This document shows positions 1 through 12,624 of a stretch of DNA of 64,000 nt, piece after piece (the first letter of the stretch is position 1; every line of letters starts with the position of its first letter). This stretch comes from Hypanus sabinus (taxonomy: Eukaryota). The position numbers were made by a program, and so were the translations under genes. The stretch is taken from the NCBI RefSeq assembly GCF_030144855.1, contig NW_026779273.1, positions 62,001 through 126,000 of the forward strand, given 5' to 3'. The notes beneath the pieces are model-generated. The model was not told where the DNA came from. It did not search any database and saw only the letters and a program-made list of their open reading frames with translations.

Positions 1-586
1 TGATTGAACTGAATCGGAATGGAACCTCTTGACCATCTCTGCATGTTCTTCTGTATTGACGCTGCAACACGATTGGCTGATGAGACATTCGCATTATCGA
101 GTGGGCGTAGAGCTGTCTACTAAAGTGGCCACGTCATCTGGGTAACTTGAATGAAAACGTGGATAGATACGATTGTAATTTTGAAAAGGACACAACGATT
201 GAAACATGGATGTTAGAGCGGGTTCGCAGCGGAGAAAGCGGGATATCTGTGGAGTCACTGCGTATCTGTAGCTGATAATGATTCCACGGAGTGTATGTTG
301 TGTTATTTATATTATCAACTCTGCAGACCGACGCTGAAACTTCTCATCTTTCGCAGTATTCCATCTGGAGGAGAGATTGCCCAACCCGAGGCAGGAGCAT
401 ATTGAGCTCCTACTGATCTTTCGCTTCTTTTCGTACCAGGGGACAAACGACGTTTTGTGTTTGCTGTATAACCGCAACGTCTGCATCGACTCGCCACGAA
501 ATTCCCTGTGACATTCACGCGCTTTCAGTCTGCGGGTCCAGAGTCAGTGAACCAGTAGACACACACAAATGCATTATGGATAATTC
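1..586. repeat. Paralogue of 13015-13606 (end of a Tc1-like element plus unique flank); part of cassette duplication
   Basis: By-eye alignment, e.g. TGGAACCTCTTGACCATCTCTGCATG vs TGGAACCTTTTGACCATTTCTGCATG, continuing up to both N gaps. Confidence 0.85.
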
Positions 587-1470
587 NNNNNNNNNNNNNN
601 NNNNNNNNNNNNNNNNNNNNNNNNNNNNNNNNNNNNNNNNNNNNNNNNNNNNNNNNNNNNNNNNNNNNNNNNNNNNNNNNNNNNNNNNNNNNNNNNNNNN
701 NNNNNNNNNNNNNNNNNNNNNNNNNNNNNNNNNNNNNNNNNNNNNNNNNNNNNNNNNNNNNNNNNNNNNNNNNNNNNNNNNNNNNNNNNNNNNNNNNNNN
801 NNNNNNNNNNNNNNNNNNNNNNNNNNNNNNNNNNNNNNNNNNNNNNNNNNNNNNNNNNNNNNNNNNNNNNNNNNNNNNNNNNNNNNNNNNNNNTATACGT
901 ACATACATACGTACATAGATAGATAGATGTTTGGAGAGACAGATAGAAATATAGCAAGTTCACAGTTCATTTTTAATTTTTGACGTATACCATTCCATAC
1001 CCTGGGTCAGCAATATTGATTGTTTCTGTTCTAACCAGGAAAAGCAAAGCGTTTCCCATAGCTGATGTATCAACACAGCTTCTTCATTCACCCAACACGA
1101 AATCCCTGGGGCGTTCACGCGCTTTCAGCATCTGAGTCAGGGATGCGGAGAAATATTCAGAAGCATTTTGAATAATTCAGGAAGATCCGTGGATAAATAA
1201 ATAGATACATAGATAAATACACACAAACATAGNNNNNNNNNNNNNNNNNNNNNNNNNNNNNNNNNNNNNNNNNNNNNNNNNNNNNNNNNNNNNNNNNNNN
1301 NNNNNNNNNNNNNNNNNNNNNNNNNNNNNNNNNNNNNNNNNNNNNNNNNNNNNNNNNNNNNNNNNNNNNNNNNNNNNTTTAATTAAGCCACACTGCAGAA
1401 ACTGCGACCTCCACTCTCTTTCGGTTATCTACTGAAGACAAAAGAAGAACGTACCGCCCATCAATTACAC

Positions 1471-1499
1471 AGGAAGTGATAGACGTCATAGGGCCAATC
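1471..1499 (+). promoter_or_regulatory. V1 promoter: ETS, CRE-like and CCAAT motifs
   Basis: AGGAAGTGATAGACGTCATAGGGCCAATC about 100-130 bp upstream of the V1 ATG; CRE-type decamers are established TRBV promoter elements. Confidence 0.65.
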
Positions 1500-1599
1500 G
1501 GCAGCAGCCACTATATCGAGCAACGCAGAACATTTCTTAGGAAAGCTTGTTTTCAACGGCACTCCACCCCAAAGACCGCCAGGGTCTACCCTGCAAACG

Positions 1600-2046
1600 A
1601 TGATGCGGGGAACATATTGTCTTCTGCTGATCGTGGCATTGATCCCGCGTAAGTCAGGTTAACAATGGTTCTGGGGAAGGTAATACAGTTTCAGAGAACG
1701 GGCTACCATTTATTGAGAGAAATTAGGCTCTAATGAAATTTCTCCCTTGCAGGGATTCTGGCCGTGTATGTGGAACAGTCGCCCCCTTCCCTGTCAGTTG
1801 GATTCGGAGAGTCAAACACCGTCGAATGCACGCTGCTGAATTCGGGCTATACTAATATGTATTGGTACAGACAGCGACCGGACGGGGCAATAGAAGCTCT
1901 TTTCTATTCTGCTGAGAAAGATATAGTCAACAGTTACACGTCGGAATCCTACGCGGCAACAAGGTCCAGCAGCACTTTCTTTCAGCTGGAACTAAAGAAT
2001 GCCTCGCACTCTCACACGGCCGTCCATTTCTGCGCCTGTAGTAGCG
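1600..2046 (+). CDS. TRBV: TCR beta V segment V1 (family A), probably functional
   Basis: Leader 1600-1648 (MMRGTYCLLLIVALIP, C|GTAAGT); acceptor TTGCAG; V exon 1753-2046 in frame with Cys23, WYRQ and ...AVHFCACSS. Confidence 0.93.
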
Positions 2047-2085
2047 CACAGAGGTTGAGAAGTCGAGCCGCCCCTGACAAAAACT
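2047..2085 (+). other. 23-RSS of V1
   Basis: CACAGAG-23-ACAAAAACT. Confidence 0.95.
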
Positions 2086-2127
2086 GTTCTGCACAATCGC
2101 TGAAGGCTCAGGACCCGCTGTTTCCCA

Positions 2128-2141
2128 CCACCAGGGGTCGC
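2128..2141 (+). promoter_or_regulatory. CTCF motif 3' of V1 RSS
   Basis: CCACCAGGGGTCGC, 42 bp after the nonamer. Confidence 0.6.
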
Positions 2142-3199
2142 TGCACATTGAGCCTCAATATCCAGATGCAATTGCCTTTTGATCCTTCCCATCTGCACAA
2201 CCCAGTAGGTAATATCAGGAAATCAGATTAGGAGAAAATGGTACTTCACACAAAAGGAAACCGTGAACGACTCGAATTTCTTACGAAGCAGAAGACGTTT
2301 GCCCAGCCCTCTTGGAACCACAGCAACATTTACAACTGAAGTAGTTAAATTATTTGCAGGGATAGCGTTCAAAATAATTTTTACTTCATCTATGGAAGTA
2401 GTAACAAATCTATGCTGTGCTTGTCTAAATGATTTATAACAGGATTAAGAAGTATGTTTCAACCCGCCTGAACGGCTCTTGCAAAGCTGTCATGAAGGGA
2501 AACTGTTCACCCTCGTGTTCAGGTGTAGCCCGTCCGTTTTGTGCGTGTCTTCCCTTCCCCAGAACCGATACCTGTGACATCTCAACAGATAAACGGAAAT
2601 TAGAATTATTGCTCGATAATAATTGGTAGAAAGATATATCCATAGACAGATACAAACTTCAACAGATGGATGGATAGATGGATAAATAGATAGATTGATA
2701 GGAGGATAGGTAAAGAAAAGGAGAGAGGGATGGAGAAANNNNNNNNNNNNNNNNNNNNNNNNNNNNNNNNNNNNNNNNNNNNNNNNNNNNNNNNNNNNNN
2801 NNNNNNNNNNNNNNNNNNNNNNNNNNNNNNNNNNNNNNNNNNNNNNNNNNNNNNNNNNNNNNNNNNNNNNNNNNNNNNNNNNAACAGCTGGAGACTAATA
2901 ACTGCGACTTTATTGGTTATGGCTCCTCGACCTCTATTTAGTTAACCAATCAAAAGAAGTGCATTTCCTACGTCTGCTTCTCCATCAAGCACGGACATTG
3001 TCGTTCAATACCAAACTGTATTTCCATCTTCGCCGTTCTTTCGGCTGTTGAATTGCAATTGTGCTCGTGTATGACGCACAGGAAATGACGCAGCTGTCAA
3101 CTGGCCAGTAGCATAGCTGTAGTCCAAACAGGAAACGCAAAGTGGTTCTCCTGAATGCTGGCATTGCGCTAACCATTTGATGGTCTCTAACTCGGGCCG

Positions 3200-3840
3200 A
3201 TGATGGCACGTGGGACACGTCGCATCCTAGTTATTCTGCCGTTGAACCCAAGTGAGTCAAAACAGCACAGATCCACAGTAAGGTGTAGCGTCCTCGCTGG
3301 CCTCACGTCGTGCGACATTGGCGGTGGTTTAGCTTGGGAGAGGGTCAGAACCTCCATCCGAACTCGTGTCCCTAAACTGCAAGGTCAGACCACCAATGAC
3401 CAAGCACCAGTGGACGGCCGTCCCTCTCCCCTTTGTGTTCAGTCATTGAAATGATCGTTCCTCTATCGTTAAACACGGGATTAAACATGGAAGAGGGCGA
3501 TTATATTTTCATCCGCGGTACAGTTGTGGGTTTGATATCCGGATCCTAAGCGCTGATCAAATTCGCGTAAGTTGTCCGAGATCCCGGTGTGATGTTTCAC
3601 TCTGATCTCGGGTCGGTTAATTTGGCCCGCTGTGCCGTTCATTGCGATGGCGCATTTCATATGTTTTATTTTTTTTTCATTCGTGCAATGGATGTGACCT
3701 CGGTGGTTTTCCGAATGTGGTCGGTAACTTTTATGTACTCGAGTTCTGTCTTTCTGCCTTCTCAGAATACCTGCTTGATTATTGAGAGTAAGAGTCTGAT
3801 AGGTTTTCCATCTTACAGGGGTTCTGGCCGCGTACGTGAA
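3200..3840 (+). pseudogene. TRBV: Truncated family-A TRBV relic (leader, intron and 22 bp of V exon)
   Basis: Leader 3200-3251 MMARGTRRILVILPLNP A|GTGAGT; acceptor CTTACAG|GG GTT CTG GCC GCG TAC GTG AA at 3819, then homology stops at minisatellite-like DNA. Confidence 0.8.
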
Positions 3841-4222
3841 CGGCGTGAAATGATCAGCAACAGTGGGGTTTCGGGTTAGAAGGGCAGGACACGCACCGAG
3901 AATGGTGCGGAACGACGACAAACAGCGGGTCTTCGGTATACAGGCATAGGGAATGCACAGTGAATGATGTGATTAAATGACAGGGTCAGGAGTCACTGTG
4001 ATGGTGGGTGTGTCGAGGGAGAGACGGACAGTTTATCTGCTGCGCCAGAGGGAGGCTTGTATCTCGAGTCGGGGCAGGTTCAAGGAAGAGGCGTGACTGA
4101 TCGCTGCTTCCGCAAAAACATCTACGTCACTGGGATACGTAACAAACGGGGTAAAAGTGAATGGATTCATCTCTGCTGCACGCAGTTCTTCCATCATTCA
4201 GAGAATAAAACCGGCAGGGAAG

Positions 4223-4857
4223 ATGTTCCTGTTTCTGCGGTTCATCCTTGCCTTCCACTGTGAGTGAATTTGACAAAAAATATTTTTTTTATTTCTTTGC
4301 GTCTCTGTTCCTTTCAGATTCCCCCTCACTTGCGTTACCTTCCGCTAGTCTCGCAATCTTTATTTATTTAGTTACGAATCATCGCCTCCTCACACTATCT
4401 CCCTCAGCCACCGCCTCTAAATTCCGTCCACCTCTGGAGCTATCCCTATTTCAGGTCTTCTCTTTCCTTCCCTCAACGTACCCTCTTTCTCCCTTTCCCT
4501 ATTAACCATGGTGTCCGTGTTCATTCACCACCTACGCCACCCCCGTCTCTTTTTCTAGACGCGACCTCGGTGACGATCCACCAGACTCCGGATTTCTCCG
4601 CCCTTCCCGGCCAAAAGGTGGCGCTGCGGCGCACAGTCGACGGTAGTAGCAGTGCTGGTAACGTGTTGTACTGGTACCGACAATACCCGGGAAAGGGTCC
4701 GGAGAACATGTTTTACTCAGCGACAGAGAGGAATGTCCGGCCAGAGGGATTGGTCGACGGTTTTACGGCGGAGAGATCGCAGAGCAACGAGTTCTTCCTG
4801 AAGTCCGACAAGCTCGAAGCGAATTCGTCGGCCGTGTATTTCTGCGCCTGGAGTGAT
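4223..4857 (+). pseudogene. TRBV: TRBV V2 (family B): open frame but Cys23->Arg, probably non-functional
   Basis: Leader 4223-4259 MFLFLRFILAFH T|GTGAGT; V exon 4559-4857 ...VALRRTVDG...WYRQ...YFCAWSD. Confidence 0.88.
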
Positions 4858-4896
4858 CACGGCGGCTCAGAGTGACGGGGCAGCTGTACAAAAACC
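4858..4896 (+). other. 23-RSS of V2
   Basis: CACGGCG-23-ACAAAAACC. Confidence 0.95.
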
Positions 4897-5607
4897 TCGC
4901 TGTCAGGAGGCTCGCTGCTGTCAGCAAAACAGGAAACACGATGCCTGTCAATCATATTGTGGGAGGTGGGTCTACGTAGTGTGCGCCGAAGCGTCCCATC
5001 AGTGAAATAAGGAACGATGTTGTTGCACAGTAGCTTTAAATTTCCTCCTCTTCTGAAGCATTCAGTCGGGAGAAGACAATCCGCACACTCAGCGTTCCAC
5101 TCCAGTCTTCCTTGTCACGTGCGGTCTTCCCACGCATCTTCGGTCTGGGAGGATCGGAACCTTTCAGTGCGCCAAAAATGTTCAGTACCCAAGATCAATT
5201 TCAAGCTCATTATTTTCTTTGTCTATTGGTGAATGCACAGAATACGGGGAGTTCTGGACGGTTCAGGAACTGATGAAGCAAATGACGTAAGGGTTTGGCA
5301 AACACACCGGAAGTGGTGGGGAATGTCGAGGGATAGAGGGACCTCGGTGCAGAAAGATAGGAGAGTGCCGGTTAATAGGGATTGTTCAGAAACTGGGCGG
5401 GATTAGATAACAAGGGTAGGACACACACCGTAAATGGTCGGGATTGTCCAGGTACATAGAGGCCTCGGTGCACGAAGATCGGAGTGTGCCGGTTAACAGG
5501 GATGGTTCAGAAACTGGGAGGGATTGGATAACAATGTTCGGACACGCACCGTGAATAAGAAGTCTACATCAATGTAATCGAGCTAGGTGTGAAAGCACAG
5601 GCTACTA

Positions 5608-5621
5608 CCACTAGGGGGTGG
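5608..5621 (+). promoter_or_regulatory. CTCF motif (intergenic)
   Basis: CCACTAGGGGGTGG; paralogous to 7471, 18692 and 21079. Confidence 0.55.
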
Positions 5622-7470
5622 ACAAACACTGTACAAAAATTTATGCTAGATATTTCTCGGGTATTTAAAGGGTCACATTACTTCCGTAAAAGTGAATTTT
5701 CTCTTCGGCTAGTGCCAAGAGCCAGAGATGGAAGCTCAGGCAGGTAGAAGAGAAGAAAGTTTGAATGCCAGAGACTGCTCTATGCAGGACACAATATGCT
5801 TCATAAGGTTCAATGTATGGCACTCATTATAGAAATTATAATTTTGTTTGTCTCCTGGCATAAGAATTTAATAAACACCCCGTGAATGCTGGTTAATGGT
5901 GAGCAACAGAGGGCAGTCTTTGTACTGGGTAGAACGCAACCTGCAAATAGTGGGGATTGTCGAGGGACAGAGGAAATTCGGTGTACGACGCGAGGACACA
6001 CATCGTGAACTGTGAGGATCGTCGAAGGAAAGCGGGACCTCGTTGTGCGAAGATAAGAGGGGGCCGGAAAATGGTGGTTGTTAGGAGATCTGGAGGGATG
6101 GGATAACGAGGGGAGGGCACGCACCGGATTTGGAGATGATCTGGTGGTGCATGGAGCTTGGTGGGTGTCGGCTGAGTTAGGGTTGTCAGCTGAACTAGGT
6201 GTGTAGGCGGATTTGGGATTGCGACCTGATTTGGGGTTTCCGGCATATAATTGTGTACCAGCGGATTTGGGAGGGTGTGCGAATAGNNNNNNNNNNNNNN
6301 NNNNNNNNNNNNNNNNNNNNNNNNNNNNNNNNNNNNNNNNNNNNNNNNNNNNNNNNNNNNNNNNNNNNNNNNNNNNNNNNNNNNNNNNNNNNNNNNNNNN
6401 NNNNNNNNNNNNNNNNNNNNNNNNNNNNNNNNNNNNNNNNNNNNNNNNNNNNNNNNNNNNNNNNNNNNNNNNNNNNNNNNNNNNNNNNNNNNNNNNNNNN
6501 NNNNNNNNNNNNNNNNNNNNNNNNNNNNNNNNNNNNNNNNNNNNNNNNNNNNNNNNNNNNNNNNNNNTCCATCAACCAACCTAACTATCGATCTTTCTGT
6601 CAATCTATCTATACATCTATGTATCTACCTGTTTATTTATTCGCTTAGTTATTTCACAGGACTTGGGGCGGATCGTTGGGATTTGAAACAGAAGAGAATC
6701 GTCAGATGCAGGAAGATGGAAAGCAGCGGTGTTTGGGCCGCTTATCGAAGAACGGATGAACTAAATTTGGAGAGAGTTTCAAGGAGGCACACGAGAATGA
6801 TTCCGGCGTTTCGCGCAAAGACACACCATCAGGAGATGTCTGCTGCCAATCAGCAAGTGGACGCCCGAGTGTCGGCGTGACAGATCAGGTGACGGGTGTC
6901 TAGCCGAGGTCGCACCTTCGCACTTCCTGCCTTGTCACTAAGGATTCAAGTCACTGAACTAAAATGTAAAAACAACGATGTATCATTGTGAATTTTTGAT
7001 GCACCGATGAGGCCTCAGTTGGAGCATTGAAACCTCTTTTTCGGCCACGTATCTTAAAACGGATGAGCTGAAATTGTTTCAAAGCAGTTGACCGAAAATG
7101 TTTCCAACGTTACGTGTAGATATATTTTATCACTTCTTGTCTTCGCTTGCTTTCGGACTCAAGTCACTAAACCCAGCGTGCGCCCAAATACTCACATTCA
7201 ATTCCTGTAAAGAAAGAGTTAAATTTGATTCATGCTTAGTGGATCCGTAGAACAGTGCAGTACAGAACAGAAGTTTATAAGAACAAAACGATTTCAGGCT
7301 GGAACCTGGTCAGAGCATGATGATTTAAATGGACACATATCCTTGAGGTTAGATACCGCAGAAAAGTATCATCTTCCTGACTGATCTCTCACTCTCTCTC
7401 TGTCTCTCTCTCTCTCTCTCTCTCCCGCTCTCTGCAGGCAATCAAGCTAGGTTGAAGGTACAGGCAGCTA

Positions 7471-7484
7471 CCACCAGGGGGCAG
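7471..7484 (+). promoter_or_regulatory. CTCF motif about 600 bp upstream of V3
   Basis: CCACCAGGGGGCAG, near-perfect core consensus. Confidence 0.7.
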
Positions 7485-7928
7485 ACAAGAACTGTGCTAA
7501 AATTTCTGCTAGATGTTTCGAAGAGTATGAAAAGGGAGATGTCCTTTCTCTTAGCTGTTTTTTGTTCTCTTATGCTACGTGACAACTAGAGTCAGAGTTC
7601 GAGGTTCGGTCAGAGAGAGAAAGAAAGAGACTGGATGCCAAAGACTGCTCTGTGATTAGCACAATGTTAGGTTCATCCTATGGTGCTCATGGTGCGGCTC
7701 TTGGCTTCAGCGAAAGGGAGGTGAACTGTGGCCCCTCTCCTTGCACCTGTTGTGCAGATTTCCGAAATTACCAAGCCTTGTGAGCTTCAATATATCGCAG
7801 ACAGTGAGAAAACCGGGGGAGAGGAAGAAAGAGATTGGGAGGGACGAGGAGAGCGTCAGAGAGGGAGAGTGTTCTGTGGTCAACTAGCTACAGAGGAAGC
7901 GGTACAGCTCTCGAATCATGTTGGAGCA

Positions 7929-7977
7929 GGAAAGGGGCGTGGCCAATCGACACTTCCGCAAATCAACATACGTCACT
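7929..7977 (+). promoter_or_regulatory. Family-B/C V promoter module (GC box, CCAAT, ETS, CRE half-site)
   Basis: GGAAAGGGGCGTGGCCAATCGACACTTCCGCAAATCAACATACGTCACT; homologous modules at about 4084-4131, 14223-14276, 19237-19286, 22148-22195 and 34868-34919 (-). Confidence 0.7.
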
Positions 7978-8066
7978 GATATAAGAAATATCCGGGGATG
8001 AATTGAATGGATTATTTCGCGGCCGCACGCACTGTCGAGACTGAGAGAATAAACCCTCCAAGAAGG

Positions 8067-8685
8067 ATGTGTCTGTTTCTGCTCTTTATTCTCGCCTTCC
8101 ACTGTGAGTGAAAGCTGTAAATATTTTTTTTAATTTCTCTGCTTCCGTATACCTTTCACATTCCCGTGATCTGTCGTCTTGTACTCATTATTTATTTAGT
8201 TCGAGCCGTCGTGTCCGCACACGATCTGCCCTCTGTGGCAGCCTCTAAATTCCGATCTCATCTCGACCTTTCCCGACTTCCATCCCCCTCTTTGTTTACC
8301 TCAATGCACCCCCTTTCTCTCCTTTCACATTGACCAGCCTCTCCATGTTCATTCATCCCGTTCCGTCCCCCGTCTCTCATTTCCAGACGCGACCTCGGTG
8401 ACGATCCACCAGATTCCGGCTTTCTCCGGAACTCCCGACCAGAAGGTGACCCTGAATTGCAGAATCGAGGGTAGTACCAGTGCTGGTAATCAGTTGTACT
8501 GGTACCGGCAATACCCGGGAAAGGGGCCGGAGAACATGTTTTACTCAGCGACAGAAAGGAATGTCCGTCCAGAGGGACTGGTCGACGGTTTTACGGCGGA
8601 AAGACCGCAGACTACCGAGTTCTTCCTGAAGTCCGACAAACTGGAGGCGGATTCGTCGGCCGTGTATTTCTGCGCCTGGAGTATT
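8067..8685 (+). CDS. TRBV: TRBV V3 (family B), probably functional
   Basis: Leader 8067-8103; V exon 8387-8685 VTIHQIP...LNCRIEG...WYRQ...YFCAWSI. Confidence 0.94.
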
Positions 8686-8724
8686 CACGGCGGCTCAGAG
8701 TGACGGGGCAGCTGTACAAAAACT
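8686..8724 (+). other. 23-RSS of V3
   Basis: CACGGCG-23-ACAAAAACT. Confidence 0.95.
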
Positions 8725-9529
8725 CTCACTGTCAGCAGCATCGTTGCTGTCAGCTGAACAGGAAATGCGAAGTCTGTCAATCAGCGGTTGGGAGGCGAGA
8801 CTATCAGTGAGGCGTTGCGCACTGGTGACCAATAGGTGAGAGAAGGGGTGGAACTATTGCATTTAATGTCTCCCCTTATTAAGCATTCATATGGGTGACG
8901 ATAATCCGCGCACTGATCTCTCCACTCCATCCTTCCTTTTTAATGTGCGGTTTCCCCACATATCTGCAGCGCCAGAGGCTCGTAACCTTTGAGTGCGACT
9001 GGACATAGCTCATCATGTCCCGTCCGGAAGATCAAATCTACCGTTCTTTATCCTCTTTATTCACTCGTCGCAGCACAGCACAAGCTGGGACGTTGAGGAC
9101 TGTTGCAGAACAGAGGGACCCCGGTCTATAATGGTCAGACGTAAACGTTGTGAATTGTGGGGAGTGTCGAGGGACAGTGGGACCACCTTCAACAAGGGAA
9201 TGACTAACAAACCGTCCATGGAGGGGAAAGCCCAGAGACAAACGGTGCACAATGGGTAGAACACACTCATTGAAGTACAGGTTTGAAGGTGGTAGAAAAA
9301 TCAGGCGAAGGGGAAAGCTGGGCGGATGGGGTTGTGAGGGCTTCTGTATGAGATGCTGGGAGGAGACAGTTTGATTAGATAAAGAGAGGAAGTAGAAGTC
9401 AGCTGACATTGGAAAGCGGTGACTCATGGGAATAGGTTCAGGAGGGGCGGAACCGGAAGGACATGATGGACAGGTGAGACCGTAAGAGGTAGGTTGGTAT
9501 CACGAAAAGGGAACGGAAAGAGCAAGGAG

Positions 9530-10050
9530 TGGTGGACAAATCCCTAGATCTCAGTGTAACAGTGGTCCACAGTGTGATTTCCTCTGGCACTGCGGGTGAT
9601 CTGGTGGTAATAATTATTAGCGACATTATCAGGCCGGTCTGGTCGAAGTCCCCCAACATGCCGGGGAAGGCATCGGGACGGGCTGTTTCATATCTGTTGA
9701 TTAAATCGCACATTTCGTCCAGAGCCCGTTTGGCATGAGCCTGAGGTGGAACGAACAGCGCCTCCGAAAAGATGGCCTGAGACCTAAATTATGAGGTATT
9801 CCAGGTCTGGAATGCAAATTCCTTTGGAATATTCGAAGCTGGAAGGCACGTATCCACGGGAAGCAGGATTAAAGTAGATGGCGAATGAATCCTACGGAAG
9901 CGAGGGAGCCTGGACCACCTCAAATCTGTGGATAACATGATGGCAGTTGGATTCCGCTATGCTGTAAGGCGACGGAGAAGGCGGGTACTTCCCGGCATGG
10001 AAGCGATGCCACGTTCAAGAAACAATAAATAAATAAATTGGATAATAATT
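9530..10050 (-). mobile_element. Degenerate Rex1/Babar-type LINE endonuclease fragment
   Basis: Minus-strand ...YETARPDAF..LGDFDQ... resembles the APE motif; absent from the paralogous spacer between V7 and V8. Confidence 0.55.
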
Positions 10051-10226
10051 GCGGTGCGTGTTGGGGTCCCGAGAACCTAGGTGCCAATTTATTTTAAACG
10101 TTTTCCTTGCGATATTTGCCACCGCGCTCCGAATCATCTAAACGCGTCCGCTTTGCATGTTTACACCTCGGCTCTTGCCGTCAGCTTCTCAACAGCGGAA
10201 GCCATTCAAAGGAGGTACACCGCTAC

Positions 10227-10299
10227 GGAAGTGACGTGTTGTCACTCAGCCAGCGGGAAGACCTTTATCAGGCCGCGCAGAGAGACGTCACTGACATCA
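10227..10299 (+). promoter_or_regulatory. V4 promoter (ETS-CRE composite and decamer-like sites)
   Basis: GGAAGTGACGT and GACGTCACTGACATCA; paralogous copy upstream of V8 (about 23878-23952). Confidence 0.6.
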
Positions 10300-10353
10300 G
10301 ATACCGAGCTTCATTCGGTTCCACACAGCGGAACTACCCTCATCCTGTAAACG

Positions 10354-11230
10354 ATGGTGCGGGGGTCAATTTGCCTCCCGCTGATTCTGGTAGCGATCCC
10401 GCGTAAGTTAAAATCACAGTTCTGGGGTTACGGGGGCACGGAACGCCCTTTGTATTGCAGTATCGGTTAGATTTCCTCGTCTGATCACTGTAACCCGTTA
10501 ACGCGCTTTTCGGTGATGGGCTGCCGAATAGAGCATTTAAACGGCGTCTGCTTCAGCTTTGAAGGGGATATCAAGCGATCTTTCCGAGGGTATGTGGGAC
10601 CCTGCGACGAATTGAACGCGGACCAAACGCGACTGTGCGTATATTCTGCAGGGGATTCAACGGCAGTTCTTCACTCCGTTTCAATGGCTCTCGTTGTGTC
10701 TGAATCAGAGTGAGTCGGAGTCGGAGCTGTCTCGCCTGTTGCGTGTCTATTCAACCCGTCGATTCTCACCGCCAGTGGAATCTGGTCGTGCCACGAGGAT
10801 GGCCAATCGTGTCAATGGAAAAGTGAGCAGGGTCTTCGAGATCGCCAGAAATATCCTTCAGTCCAGCTCAGCGCTTGATGTTCAATCGAAAAAAAAAATT
10901 GGAATCGAATCGTTTCTTCTTTTTTTCCTCTTCTAGGGATTCTCTCCGCGTACGTGGAGCAATCGCCGTCCTCCCTGTCACTCGGTGTGGGACAGCCGTT
11001 CAGCATCGAATGCACTGTGCTGAATATGGGCTATCAAGATCTGTATTGGTACAGACAGCGATCGGACCAGATAATAGATTGTCTCTTCTATTCTGCTGGA
11101 CAAGGTTCTGTTACGAACTACACATCCGATTCCTTGACGGCGACAAGACCCAGTAGCACTCTGTTTAAACTGGAACTGGGACGGGCATCGGCCTCCCACT
11201 CCGCCGTCTACTACTGCGCTTGTAATAGCG
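10354..11230 (+). CDS. TRBV: TRBV V4 (family A), probably functional
   Basis: Leader 10354-10402; 534-bp intron; V exon 10937-11230 VEQSPSS...IECTVL...WYRQ...YYCACNS. Confidence 0.93.
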
Positions 11231-11269
11231 CACAGAACTTCAGATAACGAGTCTCCCCCTGCAAAAGCC
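11231..11269 (+). other. 23-RSS of V4
   Basis: CACAGAA-23-GCAAAAGCC. Confidence 0.88.
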
Positions 11270-11308
11270 TTCCAGCCTGCAGCAGGGAGGTTCAGAAGAG
11301 ATGTTGTA

Positions 11309-11322
11309 CCAGTAGGTGGCAG
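11309..11322 (+). promoter_or_regulatory. CTCF motif 3' of V4 RSS
   Basis: CCAGTAGGTGGCAG, 39 bp after the nonamer. Confidence 0.65.
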
Positions 11323-11979
11323 CACAAGACCGTGTTCGACTGCTCCTTTCTGTCACGAACGGTCTGCACTCGGCTGCCTTTCCGCGCTTGCACCTGCTAC
11401 CTCCGATATCACATCGACAAGCAAAGGGGTGTTTAATGAATAACGGCCTGTTGTACCATCTGCTCTGCAATTGACGGCAGGAAACTCGAGAGGGCCCTGC
11501 CCAGAGCTCAGCACATCGCTCAAACCTCCCCTCATTCCGCACATCTCGTTACCTCAATAATGGACCCGATGATAATAAAGGCTCCAGTCACCAATCCAGC
11601 AGCTTCTCTGCCTTCGTTACCCTACTCTTATGCTCGAGGACGGGACAATAATGTGGTTTCTCGACATCACAATCTACCTCTCCCTAGTCCTGTTCACCCT
11701 CACTGCGGTTTTCACAATCTCCATAGTCCTGTTCACTCTCACTGCGGTTTTCTCTGTCGAATTTAATCATTTTTGATGAAACTTATTCTACTCCAATGCA
11801 CTGTGATCAGTATGCAAGACCAGACTTTCACAGTAAGTCCAGAGATACAGAAAGTGTAAACGAATTTATTAAATTACCTTTCTCGTTATCAATGCAAAAT
11901 GTAATGAACTGTTTTCTGCGAACAAGCTTTACACGGCATAACTGTATAGGGACAGACTTAATAATTCTGATTCCCATTC

Positions 11980-12330
11980 ACCTTCTGACGTGTGGGTTCT
12001 TGGCGACCCCTGGCGTCAAGACGATGCTACAGTCAAGGTAGAGGAACAACTTCTTATATTCCATCTGAGTACCCTCCAACTTGATGGTGTATATTACTGT
12101 TACCTTTTCCTTTTGCTCGCCTGATTATTGCTTCTCCCTTGAAACTCTCCTCCTTCCACTACCCCTGTTTTCCGTCTCCTCTCCTATCATATAGCATATT
12201 CTTCCCACTCCAGCCCCTTTTAACCATCCCGCAACTATTATTTCAGGAAGTTTCCCGCACCCTCCACCCCGCTCCACTTTTCACACCCAGTCCTGATGAA
12301 GGGTCTTGGCCGGAATCGTCCATAGTTACA
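11980..12330. mobile_element. Penelope-like/SINE-type dispersed repeat fragment
   Basis: GGAACAACTTCTTATATTCCATCTGAG...CCAGTCCTGATGAAGGGTC, recalled from ray genomes; related pieces near 9300, 16460, 23510, 25600 and 45960. Confidence 0.45.
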
Positions 12331-12624
12331 ATTTTCCACGCGCTATCAAGAGCGGTAGGGCGTGAGTCTCCGGCCACAGAAAATCCTTCCACCTATTGAG
12401 CAAAATGCGCAGAACCGGCTTCCCGCCACGTGAGGGCAGCAGTACACTGAATATCGCTGAACATTGTCCGACTCGAACGGCACACAGCAACGCGCGATAG
12501 TTATGCCGATGCATCTGTAAAAGTTTGCTCTATGGAGGCATCTGTACCAATGCATATATCTCGCACATACATCTATGTCTTGTATAGTTATGTAATTAAT
12601 GGGGAGAACATCCACTGGGTGACC

